Positions 16,112 through 18,691 of a stretch of DNA of 18,691 bases are shown one piece after another. Made by a program: the position numbers and the translations under genes. Source of the DNA: an uncultured archaeon. Lineage in GTDB: Archaea; Asgardarchaeota; Lokiarchaeia; Sigyniarchaeales; SOKP01. Numbering within the stretch: the first letter of the stretch is position 1; each line of letters starts with the position of its first letter. The notes beneath the pieces were generated by a model. It had not been told where the DNA came from. It ran no database searches and saw nothing but the letters and a program-made list of their open reading frames with translations. The DNA is taken from positions 1-18,691 of the forward strand of contig CAYLZE010000102.1 in NCBI GenBank assembly GCA_964388035.1, read 5' to 3'.

Positions 16112-17392
16112 ATGAAAAAACTTAGACTATTTTCTTTTAAAAATTTTCATTATAATCTTGGTGCACTATTCATTATATCGCTCAGTCGAAGTGTATTGAT
16201 AGTTTACTTGTTCCAATTTTTTCCTATTTTCTATATCTCAATATTGGATGTGAATCGACAGGAATTTGCATTCATTCAAATAATATCTTACTCCGTGCTG
16301 TTTTGCAATCCTTTTATGGGTTATTTTTATGATAAATTCAATATTAATAAGAAATTTCTTCTTTCTTTATTAGGAGGGCTTCTTTTCCTAAGTTTTTTCT
16401 TTTTTTCACTTAACGCGACAAATCTTGCAGTTTTCGGGACATTTGTATCTATATGTCTCGTAATTCAAGAGCTTTTACGTTGTGGGGCACAGGATATTTT
16501 GGTAAAGATTGAAAAAAGTGCTCTGGATAAAGAAAAGGAAAAAATTCGTGATTACAAACTTTTAGTGGGAAGAATTGGGTTTGCCATAGGTTCTTCTATT
16601 CCGTTTCTTATTTTCATATTTATCGAAAAGGAGTTAACAAATCTTTTTTTTTGGAATCTATTTTTTATCTTTGGGAGCCTTACCATATTACCGTTGATTT
16701 TTATAGGATTTTTTGTTAAAATTGAAGGATATTACACGAAAGAAATATCTTTAAAAGAAACGGAATTAGATACTTACAATATATCTAAAAATCAAAGGAA
16801 ATTTAACTTGGTTTCATTAGGTCTCATGTATGCTTTTTACTTTTTCATGTTTTCCGATAAGATTTTTTCCTACGTGTTCAATCCATGGATTTTCCAAAAA
16901 TTTGGAGAAGATGGATTTTATCTATATTCTGCTTTTTATATAATATTCATCAATATAAACGTGATCGGAAGCTCCTTTGCCTTGAAGGTTAGCAAAGATT
17001 TCAATCGAAAACTTATAATATATTTTGCCATGGCAACTTATGCACCTTTAATGATAATGATGTTAATTGTGGACATTGTTCCCTTTATCTTTTTATATTT
17101 AATAATAAACATGTTAGGAGGGCTAATTGGGCTCAACTACTCCAGCATCATGGTAAAAGTTGCTCAGCAAGGAAAAAACAAAACCTTGAGGTATAGAATA
17201 ATGAACACGGCTTATGCCCTTGCCTCTGTAATTTTAATCCCTTTGGGTACTCTAATGACTTCTTGGATTGAATATGAAGTAATAATATTAATTGGAATAA
17301 TATTAACCATGTTTTCTTTAATACCTCTTTATTTCGTAAAATCTGAATTTCCAAAAAAGGGAACTCTAATTCTTCAGAAATCCTCCTATTGA
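16112..17392 (+). CDS. Major facilitator superfamily transporter
   Basis: About 12 TM segments in two halves; GYFYDKFNINKK motif-A-like loop. ATG 16112 avoids overlap with the upstream gene. Confidence 0.88.
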   Translation: MKKLRLFSFKNFHYNLGALFIISLSRSVLIVYLFQFFPIFYISILDVNRQEFAFIQIISYSVLFCNPFMGYFYDKFNINKKFLLSLLGGLLFLSFFFFSLNATNLAVFGTFVSICLVIQELLRCGAQDILVKIEKSALDKEKEKIRDYKLLVGRIGFAIGSSIPFLIFIFIEKELTNLFFWNLFFIFGSLTILPLIFIGFFVKIEGYYTKEISLKETELDTYNISKNQRKFNLVSLGLMYAFYFFMFSDKIFSYVFNPWIFQKFGEDGFYLYSAFYIIFININVIGSSFALKVSKDFNRKLIIYFAMATYAPLMIMMLIVDIVPFIFLYLIINMLGGLIGLNYSSIMVKVAQQGKNKTLRYRIMNTAYALASVILIPLGTLMTSWIEYEVIILIGIILTMFSLIPLYFVKSEFPKKGTLILQKSSY

Positions 17393-17423
17393 TGTAGTCA
17401 TTAATAAAGAAGGATTGAAAAGC

Positions 17424-18341
17424 CTAAAGAGGGGTTATCGTAGTGTTTTTGGTAAAATGCAGTTCCTTTTTGTCAGAATAAGAGTCTTTCCGAATTGAAA
17501 GATTGGTCAAAGACACTTTTTCTCCATTTTGCAAGACTCTCAAACTTTCAATGGCGTCTAAACCCCATGCATTTATTAATATTTCATTTCCATCAACCAA
17601 TAGTTTGAATTTTAATAAAAACGACTTCTCTCCACTTTTTTTATTAAATTCTTTTAAATCCAAGATTTTAACCGTCCCTTGAAGTCGTGAAAGAAACTTT
17701 TTTTCATCTAGTAATCTCGTTAAAGGGAGAGACGGTAATTTATGCCCCATCTCTTCAATAGGTTTTTTCATTAAGGGAATTTTTTTTGCAGAATCCTCCT
17801 CCTCCGAGAGAAACATTATCTTGCTTTTTCTACCAACGTGTACTTCTAAGTATTCATTATTTAATTTTGCATATCCCCCTATAACTCTTACCAGTCTATT
17901 GAGGTCGAAAAGTTCATTATTAATGATATCTGCTTTATCTCCCCATAAAATTACTTTTATTATTCCCGAATTATCTTTTAATAAAAAGGAACTAACTTTT
18001 CCTGTTGTCTCATCTTTTTTAGTGAAAAAATGTACCGGATTAATCTTTCCTATTCTTCCTGCAAGAACAATATTGACCATTCCTTCCGAAATCTCATCGA
18101 TATTAATTTTAAATTCATCATAATCCATTTCTTCTGCCATGAGGTCGTATAAGGAAGGGTCCACGTCGGGAGAGCGCAAGGAAAAACCTTGTTCTTTTGC
18201 AATCAGAAATAAAATGCCCTTATCAGAAATATAATCTTTAAATTCCCTCCGTTTTTTCTCAATTTCCAAGGAAAGTTCTTCTCTACTGAATCCCGCCTGG
18301 AGTAAAGATTCTTTTATTTCTTCTAGTGAGGTGTTTTCCAT
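17424..18341 (-). CDS. rpa: Replication protein A / SSB-type protein: N-terminal helical domain plus two OB folds
   Basis: IVLAGRI...FTKKDETTGKVSSFLLKDNSGIIKVILWGDKA...LEVHVG; second OB fold EFNKKSGEK...INAWG...ELH. Confidence 0.88.
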   Translation of the reverse strand: MENTSLEEIKESLLQAGFSREELSLEIEKKRREFKDYISDKGILFLIAKEQGFSLRSPDVDPSLYDLMAEEMDYDEFKINIDEISEGMVNIVLAGRIGKINPVHFFTKKDETTGKVSSFLLKDNSGIIKVILWGDKADIINNELFDLNRLVRVIGGYAKLNNEYLEVHVGRKSKIMFLSEEEDSAKKIPLMKKPIEEMGHKLPSLPLTRLLDEKKFLSRLQGTVKILDLKEFNKKSGEKSFLLKFKLLVDGNEILINAWGLDAIESLRVLQNGEKVSLTNLSIRKDSYSDKKELHFTKNTTITPL

Positions 18342-18399
18342 GCTTTTTTTATTATATTTTATACATTTTCGTAGGATTGCTTTTCATTTAAAATGAGAT

Positions 18400-18414
18400 T
18401 ATATAAAAAAAAAA
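18400..18414 (-). promoter_or_regulatory. Variant of shared motif (T10-ATATA, no C)
   Basis: About 58 nt upstream of rpa ATG 18341. Confidence 0.4.
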
Positions 18415-18431
18415 CATCCTCTTCAAGATCC

Positions 18432-18448
18432 TTTTTTCTTTAAATATT
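18432..18448 (+). promoter_or_regulatory. Shared motif TTTTTTCTTTAAATATT
   Basis: Contains the same 16-mer as 15320-15335; 48 nt upstream of ATG 18497. Confidence 0.65.
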
Positions 18449-18496
18449 CCTATTTTAAAACAATACAACAAAAATGGTTGAAGGAAGTGATATGGT

Positions 18497-18691
18497 ATGG
18501 GTATTGTTGTATTAACACCAAAAAAGAAGAAATTAAAGGTTGTTCAATATGCATTCTTTGGAATTCTTTCATTTATATTAATTCTATATCCATTTTTTGG
18601 AACCACGTGGAGAGCTACTTTAAGCCAAGCATTTGGATACGTGGTTGGTCCCGTATTCAATACGATAGGAAACATTCTCGTGCTCGTGGGA
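18497..18691 (+). CDS. Membrane protein, 5' partial (runs off the window)
   Basis: Manual translation MGIVVLTPKKKKLKVVQYAFFGILSFILILYPFFGTTWRATLSQAFGYVVGPVFNTIGNILVLVG..., open for 65 codons; GGAAGTGA upstream. Confidence 0.7.
   Translation, partial: MGIVVLTPKKKKLKVVQYAFFGILSFILILYPFFGTTWRATLSQAFGYVVGPVFNTIGNILVLVG

Noticed and set aside
3597-18123. Short ORFs 3597, 5157, 6677, 7317, 8858, 8965, 10510, 11909, 15865, 17148 and 17821
   Set aside because: Antisense or alternate-frame shadows of well-supported genes, with no recognisable motifs.
18601-18646. Inverted repeat AACCACGT...ACGTGGTT
   Set aside because: Only 8 bp and inside a coding frame; compatible with chance.
1-18691. Alternative genetic code (TGA=Trp)
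   Set aside because: TGA ends several clear genes (4890, 5426, 14044, 17392), including one ATGA overlap.
1-18691. CRISPR array, tRNA/rRNA, IS element, provirus or DGR
   Set aside because: No spaced repeats, RNA-gene signatures, transposase, integrase, capsid or reverse transcriptase recognised. A larger mobile element cannot be excluded from this window alone.

Overview
AT-rich (about 30% GC by eye) archaeal DNA, most consistent with an Asgard/Lokiarchaeia-type genome. This taxonomy is inferred from archaeal TFB/FEN1/RPA/RadB-type genes next to an MglA-like GTPase and Roadblock pair. The window holds about 17 larger protein genes plus 2-3 small ORFs. They include a divergent TFIIB/TFB paralogue, a second TFB-cyclin-fold-like protein, and a set of atypical DNA-processing genes: a FEN1 paralogue, a RadB-like ATPase, RPA, a candidate Whirly-fold protein, and a membrane-anchored protein with a RadA-NTD-like HhH domain. 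Also present are an M50-like membrane metalloprotease, MglB/MglA, an MFS transporter and membrane/surface proteins. The strongest unexplained signal is non-coding. Almost every predicted transcription unit is preceded, in the correct orientation, by the same element T5-7-C-TTT(T)AWAT(A). This is a TATA box with a pyrimidine tract where the purine-rich BRE normally sits. The TFB-paralogue gene itself has a canonical BRE-TATA. This suggests a regulon run by an alternative TFB (sigma-factor-like) that couples DNA handling, membrane proteins and a polarity-type GTPase. I saw no rRNA, tRNA, CRISPR array, transposase or integrase. All family calls come from motif recognition by eye, with no database searches.
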